Shown here: one piece after another, positions 12,120 to 27,100 of the stretch | How positions within the stretch are numbered: the stretch's first letter is position 1 | Layout: every line of letters begins with the position of its first letter | From: Paramecium tetraurelia | Taxonomy: Eukaryota | Reading direction: 5' to 3' | Length of the DNA: 64,000 bases | Assembly (NCBI GenBank): GCA_000165425.1 | Contig: CT868041.1 | Coordinates: 1-64,000 of the forward strand | Made by a program: the position numbers and the translations under genes | The notes under the pieces: model-generated | What the model was told of the DNA's origin: nothing | The model's input: the letters and a program-made list of their open reading frames with translations, nothing else | Databases searched by the model: none

Positions 12120-14711
12120 TCATTAAGGTTCTTCTTCTTCTTCAGATTCTTCTTCAATAAGGCCAATATCATCTTTTAATATTATAAATAATATTACAAT
12201 TTTGTTAACTTTGATTTAAGAGAGGTGCATCGGTTACTTCATCAAAAACCAATTCAAACTTATTCTCAAGATAATTATCACACACTATCTTCTTAGGATT
12301 GTAAAAATTGGGTGGTGGAAATATTGGATCTAAGGATATCCTTTCAATTATATCATCTAATACTTGAATGCATTATCCAACATTTGAGGAATCAATTTGG
12401 ACAGTAGTGGACAGCAGATCTCAATAGATGGATTAGTATTGGCTTCGATCATTAATACTTTAAATGTATCATCAATCATAAAATCTAACCCAAATATTTC
12501 GAAAGTGTTCTCTTTCTTATTCTAATCCATTTTACCATAAACTGCTCTAAATTAATCAGTTGCCATTTACTATAATTTAATCAGCAATAAAGTAATACTT
12601 TCATTTTTTAATAAATTTTTGTAAAATCTCCTCCTAAATTCTCAATATATACAGCGAACTCTTCAAAACTGACTTTATTCCCTTTTTCATATTTTCCATA
12701 ATCCTCTCCTTTCTTTTATACAGCATCGTTAGTGAGATGAATCATTTTGTTTGTCAAATTTTTCATAGAGAATTCCTTACTTGATGTTCTAACATAACCT
12801 TCAGTATACCAATAACCTTTTTGGTTTCCATTAACAGAGACATATAAACTGTAACATCTAATATCAAATTTTCTTTTATTATAAAGTAATGGTCGATCAA
12901 TATACAATTAAACAATAAATGTCTTGTAACTCCCATTCTTGTGCATTTCTCTTGAATTTAATATAGACTATATTTCATTCAAATCTTCAGAAATCTTTAT
13001 TCCATTCCCTCTATTTGTAATTTCTCCAGGTTTGATTATCCAAATGTTTCTTCGTTTTTCCTGTTCAGTATTTATTAATTATTATCTCTCTCTGTAGGCA
13101 TCCAAAAATTATTTATATTCTGGACCATCTAAGCTCTTGATGTGATAAGTGACTGGTAAATTGTCAAAGACATTAATGTTTTATGATTCATAATAAGCCT
13201 TCATATTGTAAAAAAGAGCTTTCTTATTACCCAAATGAAAATTATTTTCCAAATGATTATGAACTTTTATTGGCTCATTGTAAATAGATAATTTTATCTT
13301 TATATTCTGTGCTTATTCTAAAGTTAATAGTTTCGAGGCTCTTCCCTAACCATTCAATATCTGACTATATTATCTAATCTCATTATTTGATAAAAACTTG
13401 CTCCATTGTGAATTCACTATTTTATTATTTTTAATTTGTTATTCGTTATCACTTTAATCATCTTATTTATTTAGTCCCATTGAACCTATTGTTGTAATTG
13501 AAGAGGAAGCACTCTAACATGTATTTTATTCATTGGGATTTCTATTCAATGATTTCATATTCTCATGAATCGAATTCACCTTTAATTGAGTCCATACAAA
13601 ATGACATTATTCCATTTCATCTTGTATACTCCACCACCATCGAGATTTTAAAATTTATCTAACCAACACTCCGTTATTCCCTTTCCCAACATATGCCTTA
13701 TAAATATTTACTGTTGGTTAAACAAATATACAATTTGAAAGATTCAAAATATTAAAATAGTGTCTCATCGAAGCATATTTTTCTTAGAATACAACATCTT
13801 AAGGATATTTTGGATCTATAAAATATATTCCATCAAATTTTTTTTATTTTTTTTTTTTTTATTTAGTCCCTTATTATTATTATTATTGTTATTGTTACTA
13901 TTATAATGGTTACAGTATAACAGGACCAGTTAATTAAGGTATTAATTATGACTAAGTCATTCCAGATACATTCGACATATTTTCAAATTTAGAATTTCGA
14001 GATGTTTTAAGCATTTAAGAATTTTTACGAGGTTCTATCAATTTCAAAGCCTTTACTGTTTCAATTTCATTTAATCTGTTTTGTTTGTCCGATTCCATCT
14101 TTTATTTTAACTTTTCAATTATATCTCTCTCTGCTCTAGCATCCATAGAATTATTTAGAAATGCCTCCTATAGCTTAATTCTTTCTAATGTTATTGCGAA
14201 TAATACTTATCACATGGATGGGCTTCGATTGTATATTTAGGGTATTCTAACCATCAACTTATGGAAACATCTATAAGAATCGACCCTACTTAAACTTTTG
14301 ATGAAGATTGTAAGATTTTTTATATGATTTTGGAGAATTGGCATCTATAATCGATAATATTGTGTACTCTTCTTTTATTTAAGATGATGAATCTGCTTCA
14401 ACACATTCGTATTGTTGTATCTCTCAAGTTTTGGTAATTAAGATGAAGGCATTGGACTTTCAGATCTCTCATGGTTTTCATATCGATATTATGTTATATG
14501 GTTTGGATTATTTAAAACTGATTTAATAGAATCTTTGACTAATTCTTGAATCCCGGGGGATTTTAATAATTATTCCATGGATCTATGTTTTTAAGGAGTC
14601 AAATGTTCGCTATATTTAATATTCTACATATTCTGAAATGCTTAATATATTAATTGGCTATTTTATACTAAAATTTAAATAAGGCATTGCAATTTGTTCT
14701 TTATCAGCCAT
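12120..14711 (-). CDS. Tubulin-tyrosine ligase-like (TTLL) protein, tubulin glycylase/glutamylase family
   Basis: HNHLENNFHLGNKKALF, WIIKPGEITNRGNGI, IVQLYIDRPLLYNKRKFDIRCY, IHLTNDAVQK, FEIFGLDFMIDD, IEANTNPS motifs; acidic tail; TGA at 12120-12122. Confidence 0.93.
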
Positions 14712-14750
14712 TTTATATAATTATAATATTAATGAAATTTATATATACAT

Positions 14751-16366
14751 TCATGACCAAAGATTATTAAAAGAAGCATTCGTAAAGCTTTTGGAGGCCC
14801 AATCCATACTTAATAACTAGGGATAATTATTACAAAAAATTACTGATTTCTAAGTTAAATTGGGCTTAAATGTTGGTAAGTACTTGTTTTCTAATTTCAT
14901 TAAATTTTCTTGTTTCTTTTATTAATAATCCAATAATCTCAACTCTACTTTATCATTTTTATCATAATTGTTAGTTCCCCTTCTCTTAATCTATGGCCTA
15001 AATGTCAATTATTGGACAACTTCTTTATCTTTCTTTATTTGTTCAGTCAAGATATGATCATTTCTTTTCTCCAACCAACTTATTTGTTAATTAACAAATT
15101 CCTCTACATTCACTTCAGCAAAACTATTTTTCTTGAATTTTTCCTTCTCTTTTTCCCATTATTCTTAAAACTATTTCTCTTATTCTTCCTCATGGTGTCT
15201 CTTCATTTCTTATTATTACTTAACCCATTCTTGCTTTTTCTATATTATTTATTGTTATCTAATATGAATAGGCACATAGTATTCACATTCAGTCTTAATT
15301 CGCTATTCTTAAGTTTCCATAATTTCTTGTCTCTTCTATCTTTAATTATTCACTTTCTATTTTTTTGGTGTTTCCTTCTCTTAAAATTACTTAGTTTCTG
15401 CTGGCTATTATCCCTATTCCTATTTCTTGATAGTGTCACCCACTTTATATTTTATCTCTTTAGTTTAAACAACCTTATGACTTTGATCCTCCTTATATTA
15501 AATATCTTCAGCCACTTCTGCTTCTTCCTTGAATTCTAAATCCATGACAATCACAATCTATTATTATGATTTAGTAAGATTAATATTCTTTTGGCTTTCA
15601 TAAATGTAATGCAATACTTAATAATTTGAAAATCCTTTATTTTTGGGAGATTAGGCAATAAATCAGCTTAAACAGCCATATCTTTAAATTGACAAATCTA
15701 TTTGTATGATTCATCTTCTTCAATCATCTATTTTAATTTTCTATCCAAAAGAATACAACTTTTTTAATTGATAAATGGTCTTGCTATAGTTTTTTATTTT
15801 TCTTTATTTTTCTCTTCATCCACCATCTTCTACAATTACTTTGTTCTTCTTTTCTCAAAATCATACAATCTATTTACAGTCTCTAAAAATGCTGAGATTT
15901 ATATATTTGAAGTATTACCTTCATCAGATTCTAAGACTGCTTCATTCTTTTACTTCTCCTGTTCTTTTTGTTTTTATTCCTCTTTTTTCTTTTTGACTTC
16001 TTCTGACTTTAATTGTGACTACTTTATATTTTATTGCACTTTATCAAATTCTATATTATTAGTATTGTTGATACTTTTGACTTGCTTTTCTGGTTATGGA
16101 ATTGGTTTCTTAGGCATTTCAATGACTGATTTTTATGGCTTCTTAATCAGCTCGCATTTCTTCTTATTTAGTGCATCCTAGAAGACTGATTAGGAATTAG
16201 AAAATTTTCCATTTTATAGTTTTAGTATTGATGACTCATAAGCGGGTCTTGTAGTTTGTACTTATCTGGCTGGGGACAAAGAATTCTTAGTTGACTCAAC
16301 TTGTAGATATCTCTCTAATGATTACGATTTGACACTTTCTTTTGAGTCATCTAATTGTTGATTCAT
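14751..16366 (-). CDS. Hypothetical coiled-coil protein (K/E/Q-rich)
   Basis: MNQQLDDSKESVKSQSLERYL...; long code-6 ORF ending ...PTFKPNLTQKS[intron]LLSMDWASKSFTNASFNNLWS*. Confidence 0.7.
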
Positions 16367-16403
16367 TATCAAATAAAATTTAATTATATTATTTTTATAA
16401 TAC
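16367..16403. promoter_or_regulatory. Putative bidirectional promoter / 5' region (37 nt) between divergent ATGs
   Basis: Almost pure A/T spacer between ATG(-) at 16366 and ATG(+) at 16404. Confidence 0.45.
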
Positions 16404-19400
16404 ATGAATGAGAATATATGCAAGGATTGCAAGATGACTTTTGAATCAAGTGAATAATTGGCTAATCATGTTAAAAGAGTATTTAAGCATAAATTGATGA
16501 TAGTTTTGTGTTAATTCTGATTATGGCAATTTAAATAAACTGGAACAGAAACATGAATATGTCACAAAACCTGCCTATCCTGAATTGAAACCTAGTCTAA
16601 AACAATAGGATCCGACATCACTTAAGAATTACGGTGGATATACATTAGTATGTAGATTTAATAAATCAGGACTAAATCAAATCTAATCTAAAAACTAATG
16701 ATGATGATTTTAAAAGATTGGAAAATGCTGTTCTGAGAAAGAGAGAGGATGAATTAATTGATTAAATAGATAAGCTAAAGCAGGACAGATAATAAATGAG
16801 AGTAGTTAGCGATTAAGATGAACACATATATTCAATACTGTTACAAGAAGTGGAATTGAAAAAGGAGAGAGAGTTTTAATGTAGAATAGAAAAAGAACAG
16901 ATTCGTAAATTGATCAATGAAATTGACTCATGGAAAATGTCAGTCTTGGAAGAGTAAAAGAAATAGATGCTTGAAAAACTTCTAGTAGAAAGAGAGGATT
17001 TGAAAAATAAATAATTATAATTGATAGAGGATATTAGATTATTTACAAGAGGACACAAGACATTCTTTTCAATGGAATAAGCATAAAGAATTACTGATAA
17101 TAGAATAATAGCATCTGCTTAATATTCAGAGGCAAAATAATAATTGGTTAAATTACATACGAGGTTAGAATATATGGATGCTGAGAGAAATAGGATTTTA
17201 GATAATGTGGAGAGAATCAAACTAGGAGATTTTGGAGAAGTCAGGAGAGGAGAGTCTTCTAAGAATAGTATACGTAACAGTTAATAAATATTGAATGATT
17301 AAAGTTAGATTAGAACTACATAAAATTATGATGAGATTGCTAGAATGAAAGACAGGATAGCTTAGGATTCTTAGAGAATAGACCAATTGAAAAGATAATA
17401 AATGGAAAGAGTAGATAGATTAAAAACATCAAGACCTTAATCTCATTTGTCAAATTAAGTTATAGATGAACTACAATAATTGAAGACTGATTATTAGTAG
17501 GCAGGTGGGTAGGATCCAAAATTTTTAAATAATGTAAATAATTTGGAATCATTTTATAAAGGAGCAGTTTAATAACCGTAGCAATTAAATTAATAATAGT
17601 TTTAATAGTAATAATCATAATTATAATAACCGGTTTAATTTTAATAATAATAACAACCAGTGTAAATATTTTAATAATAACCTATGTTTATCAATCCCTA
17701 ATAATAGGATATTCAATCAAATAAACCAAAAAAGAAAGATTTCAATGATCCATTTTAATAATTTTCAAGAAAGAAGGAGTTTTTCTTATAAAACAATGTA
17801 AGAGGAGTTGATTTAACAAGAGAAGAATAAATATTGATGAATTTATAGGCATAAGAAGTAGACTCGTTAAGAATGATTTCTAGAATTCCCATAGGAACTG
17901 AAATTTATAGATTTAAGATGGAATAATATAAAGAATTGTCAACTATGAGAGCAGAAATGGAAAAGATTATTTAAGAGCAACGATTATAAAGAGTAAGAAG
18001 GAATTTTGAGAAGAAAAGAAGAGAAAAGGATAAAGAATTTGAGAACAATAAATGGGTTGATGATTAAAGAAAATTTATTATAGAAAATAGATTAAGGAAT
18101 GATTTTGGAGAAGTGAGAAAGGAAGGTCACTTATATGATCCAGCTGAAGGGTTAGTAATCCATTGGGATTATGTATTGGGATTACCAAGGAAAACAAAGC
18201 TTGCATAATTTGTCTTTGCAATTTTTAATAATATGCAATAATTAAACTAACCAAAGTTAATAGAACCATATGATTGTGAGATAGAAGGAGAGAGTTCAAA
18301 TCGAGTGTTGATTGGAGAGACTAATCAATTATACGAAATACCGGCTCATCCAGAAGTATTATTAATAGTGGAAGTGCAATTACCTGTCAGTAAGAAATTG
18401 GAAGAGAATATTGGTAAGACTCAATCATATGGATGGACATAAATTGATTTATTTGATTAATAAAGACAACTGAAAAGAGGCAAATTCAAGTGTCCATTAT
18501 ACAAAGGACCTACAGATGCTACTATTACAATAGAAAATATTGCAAAATTAGAACCTATTCCAAATGCTTGGTTCCATATGAGAATTACTTATCCAAATGA
18601 TGAAGATTTAGGATAAGTCAGATCAATTTATCCTGAATAAACTGCCATGGAATACAATATTCCATATATTCATTTGAGAAGCTTATTTGATAGAAATTAT
18701 GAAGCTGCCATTGAAGGCAAGGAATAAAACAATAAAGATAATGGGGAATTCAGTTTAAATGGCTAGAATTACAAAGTGACTGAAGAAGTAGCAGTGTTTG
18801 GAAACAAAAGAAATCCCACTCCATAAACTAAATAATATGTCTTAAGAGGAGACACAAAGAAAGGGTATCGAATATAGATACATCACATTCAGAATAAAAT
18901 AGCCAATAATTTTATGAGAGTCATGTGTGCAGCATTAACTGATTAACATTTGATGTTGGATCCAAGTGGATAACCACTAGCATTTAATACTACCATTCAT
19001 GATCCTAGTAGTCCTAATCCAGGTTAAAATGTAGAATCTAATCCATTTCCACTTATAGAGGCTGATCCTTAAATGAAAGGAATCAGTAACAAAGCCGCAA
19101 GATCAATTTTGATAGAATTCAACGAAGAATATAGATTTTTTTACAATTTTCAAGAGCAAGCCATGAGTGCTGGAAAAGTATACTCTTTATTGATATTAAT
19201 TTTAGACTATTTATCTTGGATTTTAAGTGGTCGAAAAGAATGCATCCTAAGGAGGAGCCAATACTACAATGACTATGGGAGATTATGAAGTTATTGGTTG
19301 GTCATATATCGTGTTTGTCAAACCAGATGGAAGTGTGAGAACTGGGAGAAATACGTTAAATTTATATAATCCACCTTTGAAGAGACCTCCATTAGATGAG

Positions 19401-19525
19401 TCAAATGTAATGGTATTAATCTATCTTAGTTATCACAATCTGGAATTAAATTGGACTATTCTTTATATGACTTTGAATATAATGATGAAGATATGATCAA
19501 ATGGAAAAATCAAAGAGTGTTTTGA
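16404..19525 (+). CDS. CCDC17-like protein: N-terminal C2HC zinc finger, coiled coil, polyQ, C2-like domains
   Basis: MNENICKDCKMTFESSEQLANHVKRFC; YDPAEGLVIHWDYVLGL...LLIVEVQ...YGWTQIDLFDQQRQLKRGKFKCPLY resemble CCDC17; second C2-like unit YEVIGWSY...NLYNPP. Confidence 0.75.
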
Positions 19526-19899
19526 TTATGACTTATATATTTAATTAATATATAACAAAAAGATGATCTAATGATTAATGGATATCAAAATTCTTGTCTT
19601 AGGTAGATTTAACTATAAAATAACTCTAATGCTCTAAATATAATTAATAATATAAACTAAATACATAATTATTTTATCATATAGATTAAAATAGAATTGT
19701 CTTGTTGTAGTCATTAATTCATATCATAAATATTCCATATATAACTTCTATCTAAATAAAACACATATTTTAAGAATAATCAAATATAATTTATTGAATC
19801 ACAATAGAAGCAATTGATAGCTCGAGAAATTAATATATAACAATAAAATAGATAACGCCTTTTTGGATTAAACCATCATATTCATTTTGACTGATTATA

Positions 19900-21893
19900 A
19901 AATGGTATCACTGTTTAATAAATGTCAATATTTATAAGTAAATATATCGAATTGATTTATTTAAATAAAAACACAGAATAAGATCTTGAATTTTATCCAT
20001 AAAGATTAGAAATTTTTATCCATATAATTTATAAAAATATGATGATGGCAAAGAATTCACTATAATGAACCACTAAAAGAAATAGAAAATGTTGTAAGTA
20101 ACTAAAAGAATAAAATCAGGAGTGCATATATAAAACTTTAGTCTTATTAAAAGGTGAATAGATTGATATAAGAATTGGATGCTTTGTTAAGATTTTCAAT
20201 TAAATTGCATTTCCCAAACAGAATACTTAATTTACTTGTTTCTAATGTTATTAATCAACTTTATAAATAGAAAAAAAGTTTAATGCAAAACCCTAAAATT
20301 TCTATAGGATAATTCAAAAATCATTTAAAATGGAACTTGATATAAATTTAGAATAATATAAAACAGTAGTGAGATATTTTAGTTTCTCTAGGTTCGTTTA
20401 TTATTTTGTCATAGGCTACAGAAAATTAAAGGGCGAATAATCTAAAGGAATGCATTACTTATAAATTTATCTAGGATAAATCGGTTGATTATTTTAGTGA
20501 TTATTTATGTAGAACCCATTTGGTATGTCAAATTTGCAAGTCTTTTGTAATAAAAGTCAACAATTAAGAGTATATAGACAATAAGTGAAACAAGATTGGG
20601 CTGATTTTTATTGTGTATCAAAGGGATTCTGTAGGGTATTAAATAAAAATAACTATTTATGATTTAAATTATTTAATATTATTGTTATTTCAATTATGAG
20701 TTAAATCATTCAAGAAAATAATTCCTAAGGTAGTAATCAAGCATAAGAGTCAGATCCAGAGATGAAAAAATAATAATATTCATTCATCAAGAGTGATACT
20801 TAGGTTGAAAGAAAAGGTAAAAAACTAACGATTCATTCATTCTATAAGAATTAAACTGATAGGTATTTGGATGGCCTGAAATCCAAAAAATCGAATGACA
20901 CTTCAGATATTATGAATAATAGTTTTTAAGCACCGAATAATCTAGAACAAGAATACGAATAAAATAAGGATCAAGAAATCTTTATTAGAAAGAATGATAG
21001 GAAACAATCAACTAAGTAGTTTTATTAAAAGAATGTGATGAAAATGTTAGAGAAATTTGCTACAAAAAAAGAAAATGGATAAACTGTGATTGATAATAAC
21101 AATTCGAATTAAACTAATTAAAACGATATAAATTATTCTGAAAAAAGAGACGAAGAATCATAAATTTATATGAATAATTCATTATATCAAGAATCAATCA
21201 AATTAATTGAACTAAAAAAGAATTTAGAAATGATGGAATCTAAACAATCACATTTAATCCAATTAACAAATGATGATATTTTATAACTCTAAAATTAATC
21301 AATTAAACAAGAAACTTAACAATAAAGCATAAGTGTTTTTTTCGATTCGAATACTAACTCAAAGGTTAGTGCAATGAAAGGAAATAGAAGAAACTAATCC
21401 ATTCAAAAATAATAACCAAAAGTTTAATTTCCCTTTATAGAATAAAACAATCAAAATTAAGAGAATACTCAAAATCTAATCATAGGATAAAATGATGAAA
21501 TTAAATTAGATCTAAGTAAATTAAATGCCATCAATAGAATGGAGAAAAAGAGAAGACAAAGTATAATCTATTAATTCATTATTAGATGAAACCTAATCTG
21601 CTAACAGTAAGAGATCAATTAGATCAAATTGGACAAGCAAAACATTTAAAGAAAAAGCAGAAGAAGTCGCCGTCCCAGCTGTTGGAACTGCCATTGTTGG
21701 TTCTTTAGGTGTAATGCTAGCCAAAAACGTTCTCAAAGGCAAATAATAACTATTGGGAATAATACCCGCATTAGCCTGCAGTGCTTATTATTATTATAAA
21801 GTAAAGAAGCAAAATGAAGTCGAGATGGACTTTGAGGATGAGGAAGATGTCAACTCCGAAGAAGAACAAGATAGTACAAGATTAGAATAATGA
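19900..21893 (+). CDS. Hypothetical protein with N/Q-rich middle, C-terminal hydrophobic (membrane-anchor) segments and acidic tail
   Basis: C-terminus VAVPAVGTAIVGSLGVMLAKNVLKGKQQLLGIIPALACSAYYYYKVKKQNEVEMDFEDEEDVNSEEEQDSTRLEQ* (TGA 21891-21893); 5' exons uncertain. Confidence 0.5.
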
Positions 21894-21916
21894 GAATATA
21901 TACTATTATAAAATCA

Positions 21917-23240
21917 TCAGTTCATCGGAGTAACAAATTTGTGATTCCTAAATTCTCCGTACATATATGTTCTATCTTTGGATGTGTACTTTCCCTTACC
22001 ATGCCACTTATCTTGACTCCATTCTCCTTCATAAACATCTCCATTTCTACAATAACAATAATCATCATACCCAAAAGTGTATATCCCTTTCCCATGCTTC
22101 TTATCTCTAATCCAATCTCCATCGAATGTATCATTTGTCATACTATAATAATATTTGCCTTTGCCTTGTTTCTGATCTTCGAACCACTCTCCTTAATATA
22201 TGTCCCCATTTGCATAATGCATTACTCCATATCCAGTCCTAAAGTCCTTCTTAAATTATCCCTTGTAGTGGTCCTCTTTATATTCATTTATTCATTTACT
22301 TGATGCTTAATAATAGAATTCACCCTCTCCATCCTTTTTACCATCCTTAAAGTATCCTTGATAAATATCTCCTGATTCATATTATAAATAGCCCAATCCA
22401 TTCATCATATCATTTTCAAACTACCCCTTATATATCTGTTTTCCTTCACACATTGTATAAACTCCTTTGCCACTCTTTTGATTATTCAGCCATGTTCCAT
22501 CAAATGTGTCTCCATTCGAGTAAAATATCTTACCAATGCCATTTAATTAATCGTCAACCCATTACCCTTCAACTCTTGCTCCATCATTGAATCTCATAAT
22601 ACCAAACCCATTTCTTTTATCATTCTAGAAATCTCCTTTGTAAATCTCTCCATATGCATATTTTGCCTCTCCCTGCCCATGCTTCAATCCCTTATTCCAT
22701 TAACCATCATAATATTCTTCTGTACTATAATAATAATATTTTCCTATTCCTTATTTTTAATTATTCACCCAACTCCCATCATAAGTATTTCCATTCAAAT
22801 AGTAATATTTACCTTATCCTTCCTTGCAACCATTCTTGAAATTTCCACTATAACGTTCTCCATTCACAAAAAAATAGTGTCCATAACCATTAAACATATC
22901 CCCATCCCAATCTCCCACATAAATATCTCCATTGTTATAATAATTTATTCCTCTCCCTTATCTAATATTATATATTAACAAACCTATCCTCTTCTCTCCC
23001 ACTAATTATCCCTCGTATCGACTTCCGTCCACGTATTTCTTTATTCTACAATCACTTCTCAATAACCCTTTATCATCATAGACATTCAACCCTTTGAAAT
23101 CTTCTAAGATCTTTCTTTTTTGCTAAGACTTCAAGACAATTCCTTACTTACGTTAATTCTTAACTATAGCCTGTGATATTTTTTGCTTGTTTTCCTTCCA
23201 ATATTTAAACTATATTTGTTTATTCATTGTCTTCAGACAT
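21917..23240 (-). CDS. MORN repeat protein
   Basis: Many YxGxWxxxxxxGxG repeats (DGSRYEGQLVGEKRIG, NGDVYEGEWSQDKWHGKGKY); ATG at 23240. Confidence 0.93.
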
Positions 23241-24188
23241 TATTTAAATAAATTATAATTTATAATGTATTACTTTCATTTACTTACAGATACACATAAA
23301 TTACCCAAACCGTGATTTGTATCAAATTAAGATCAATACAATAATGAGATACTTTAATTTATTCAAACTCATATAATTTATGAATTAAGTTATTTCTGCT
23401 CTAAAATTTTCGTTAGAAATACATAAATTAGATTGTATTTATTAGATCTATTATATCAATAACCTATAAAATAAATGAATTAACTGTATTCTAATGTCTA
23501 ATAGCAGAAGTATGAAGAAATATATTTCAACTTATTAAGTGAATCTAAATGACAACAAATTATTTTGAATTCAAAGTGATATCAGAAAGATAAGTGTACT
23601 AATTCCTTTTATAAAGCAAAATGATACTTTTTTAAATATTTTAATATTTGTTTCCCTTGATTTTTAATATTTATTTTTTTTGTTTTTGTAAATTAATTAA
23701 TAAACCTAAATATCGCTCTGCTAAATATACTATACAATTAACTTAATATAAAGTCACATCACTTTGCTTTCTATATTATCTTTAATTTTCAATAACTGTG
23801 ATTAGTAATTTAGACAAATTTTAAATTTTGATGTGGTAGTTATTTTTTATTTTAACAATATAGAATATATTTAAGAAATAAATTCTATTCACCATTTGAT
23901 TTGTTTTTTTGTCATCTTCTGGAATGTATGGGTTGATCTACTTGTAAAATTGTATAATATATGCGTTATAATTCATCTACATGGATAACCCTTTGAGTTT
24001 GACATTTGTATAATATTTGTTCACTCTTCATTAAAAATAATGCATCATTTCCAAGAATTATTGACTCGCAATAAACCATTTCTATTAAGCTTTAGGTACC
24101 TAAATTTTGAAATGACCTTAATTTAGGTCATAATCCAAATAAGAAAATACTGTATTTAAATTATATATTTTACTAAACTTCTTGATCA

Positions 24189-27100
24189 ATGGTAGTAAAC
24201 AAAAGCTCTTAATATTATACCTTATTTGTGATTGCATTTTTCTCTATAGGAGTGCTTTCACAAAAAAAATGCAATATATATCCACATTCTGCATAGGGTT
24301 GCATTTAGAAGACCGAAGGCATTAGATGTAAATGAGCAATAATTACATTTAGGCTAATATGATAATTTTGGCAACAAATGTGTCAATAACATAATGACCA
24401 ATTTAGGTTGTTCTGAATATTTGAATAGCGAGGCATGTTTGAGCTAATTAACTGATGGTTAAAATTAAAGAGTTTAATGTAATTGTATTTGTTATACCAA
24501 GGCATTTTTCATAAGAGGTGTAAGGAAGTAAAGAAGGTCGAATTGATCTAATATGGTTGTTCTGCAATGTTCAACATATTTGCTTGTTTGGATGTAGAGA
24601 AATAGTCCTGTAGTTGGTAGAATAATATATGTTAACCATTAAATCAATCTAAATAAGATAATTCAAATTTTTGTAACATATTCAAAATGCCAGTAAACCC
24701 TTTCACTTGTTCCTAGTTACCATATGGCCTATGTAATAAATTTGTATATGATGTTAGGTATGAGTAGTGGATATGAGGGAAATTTTGAATGTGTGGAAAT
24801 ACCATTATACTAATTATCCTAACTATCGTGTTATGAATTAGGATTAAATGAGGAAGGCTGTTTGGCAATCAATAAATTAAATTAATATTGTATAAACTAA
24901 ATACTAAAATTTAGGCATTTTTTAAGATAATAAATGTACTGAGATCTAATTATCAGAAATCAAATCATGTGAAGACAAGTTTTACCAATCTTTATGTTTG
25001 TCGATTAAAAATCCAGATACAAAGTGCGAGTGGGTTGATAAAAAGTGCAGACAATTTGAGTACAATGCTGAAGTAGAGTGCACTACTAAAAATATGGTGA
25101 ATGCTTCTGTATGTTAAATGTTAGCAGGATCATGTTATTATGATGAGAGCAAACATATATGCATGAATGTAACAAATAAAATTATGAATTCACTAAAATG
25201 TGACACTCCAGGATTATCAAAACAAGCATGTTTATCAATTACCAATTTTAATTGTTCATTTAAAGCAGGTAGATGCTAAGAGTTATCGAAAATTGATCTC
25301 TACTCCTATTAATGTCATATGTAATTGAATAAATAGGCTTGTGTTAATTTATAAACTCCATTCTAGTATTGTTTTTGGACTGGGAGCTATTGTGAAAGAA
25401 GAGTTGTAAATTAAGATTATGATTGTCCTTTAAATTTCAATGATCAACGCATTAGAGTAAATGGAAATGTGTGCTAGGCAATTTCTAAATATAAGACTAA
25501 ATGCAAATATAGTTAATAAACGAATTTATGTATTGAGAGTTCGACAACTGATACTTGTGATACTTTGTTTATTAACAAATTTGGTTGTCTCAGTATTATT
25601 AAAGAGGATGTAGCATGTTAATGGAAAGATTAAGGTTGCAAAGAGGTTAAGGTGATTTAACATTAAACAACATGTGATAGTTTGAGGAGTGCTAATCCAA
25701 TTGCATGTTCTTAAGTTCTTGATTAAAATGAGAATTTAGGTTGTTATTTCGATGAAGTAAAATAATTATGTGCTACCTTATCTGTTTAATTAGATCCTCG
25801 TGCAACTAAATAGGAAGTTCAATAGTATCTCAAGGATTAGGAATTATTGAGAACTATTGTTTGTTAAAATGCATCACTAGGATTAAATAGAATTTCATGT
25901 TCTTCCATAACAACTAAGGATGTAGGGTGTAGATGGTTCAGAAATTAATGTGTTCAAGTTAAAAACCAGAAGGAAATTTAAAAAGTTCCATGTTTGAATC
26001 TATAATATGCAAATTAAAAAGCCTGTTCTTATATAATATATGGAGGGGAAGTGTGTAGATATAATCAAACGATAAAGGGATGTACAAATTCAATTATTCC
26101 TCATATGCAATGTAATGAATTAGGATTAAATTCATTCGGATGCTCAAAAGCAGAAGGCAAGTGTTAATATATTAATGATCAATGTCAATCTTCAAATTTT
26201 TAGACACCAGGAGATGAAGAACAATCCTCCATTGTACAAGATACTCCAATAAAATGCGGAACAACATCTCCTACTAGAAATGCTTGTTTATCTTTTATGT
26301 CTAATTCATTATTATGTTAATGGAAAAAAGGAAGTGATATCTGTGCTGATGTTGAAATCAAAGAGAATTAATATTGTCTAGACTATGCTGGAACTGACAT
26401 ACTTGTTAATTCAAATGTGTGTGCATCTATCATATGTGACTTTCCTGATTATAACTTTTATAAAGGAGTTTAAGTTGATAAAAATAGAGGATATTGTTAA
26501 TATAATAAATAAACAGCCTAATGCACAATTAAAAAGGTATTTTGTAAGACCAATTGTTGTACTGAAACTGAAAATATCGGAATAAATGCCCATTCTTGTA
26601 GCAAATTTTCAACCACTGAACCTGGAGTCTACTGTTACTTTATGGATTTAATATGTTAAGAATTAAGCAATGATATTGTGGATATATCAAATTCAGATTA
26701 GGTTAAATTGTATTATAATGAAAACCACTTACCATGTACTTCTATGAATATTAATTCCTGTCATATGATTGAATGGTCTGTAGGTTAACGTTGCTATCAT
26801 AATGGTATAATCTGCTTAAATATCAATTATATCTACATCAAGGATAATCGTGAACTAACTAAGGAACCCTCCATATTAAATAAGAATGCTTGTTTTGCAA
26901 TTGATGGCCAAATAACTGAATTGAATACACTCAAATATGTTGGATATGATGAAGAAAACAAGAGATGCTTAGAGATTTTAGAGGATCCTCAATATGCTAG
27001 TTGTGAATAAACCTAAGGAAATAGAAATGTCTGTTAAAGATATAATGGTAATAATTATTGTAGATGGAATTCAAACGAGATAAAATGTGTTACAATACCA

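Noticed and set aside
13838..13905. Long poly-T run and TTA repeats in the TTLL gene, possible slippage or frameshift site
   Set aside because: Counting bases keeps the frame; it encodes polyQ followed by KQKKKKQKK
15012..16181. Hydrophobic F/L-rich + strand ORFs (175 aa, 137 aa) resembling membrane proteins
   Set aside because: Antisense shadows of the K/E-rich minus-strand coiled-coil gene
17570..17710. TAA/TAG-rich short tandem repeats resembling a microsatellite or stop-codon array
   Set aside because: Polyglutamine coding sequence under code 6
23880..24135. Short (~70 codon) minus-strand open frame upstream of the surface-protein gene
   Set aside because: No clear start or exon structure and no recognisable motif
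24328..24352. In-frame TGA (TGT AAA TGA) early in the surface-protein gene, suggesting UGA recoding or a pseudogene
   Set aside because: It lies inside a canonical 25-nt GTA..TAG intron whose removal restores the frame
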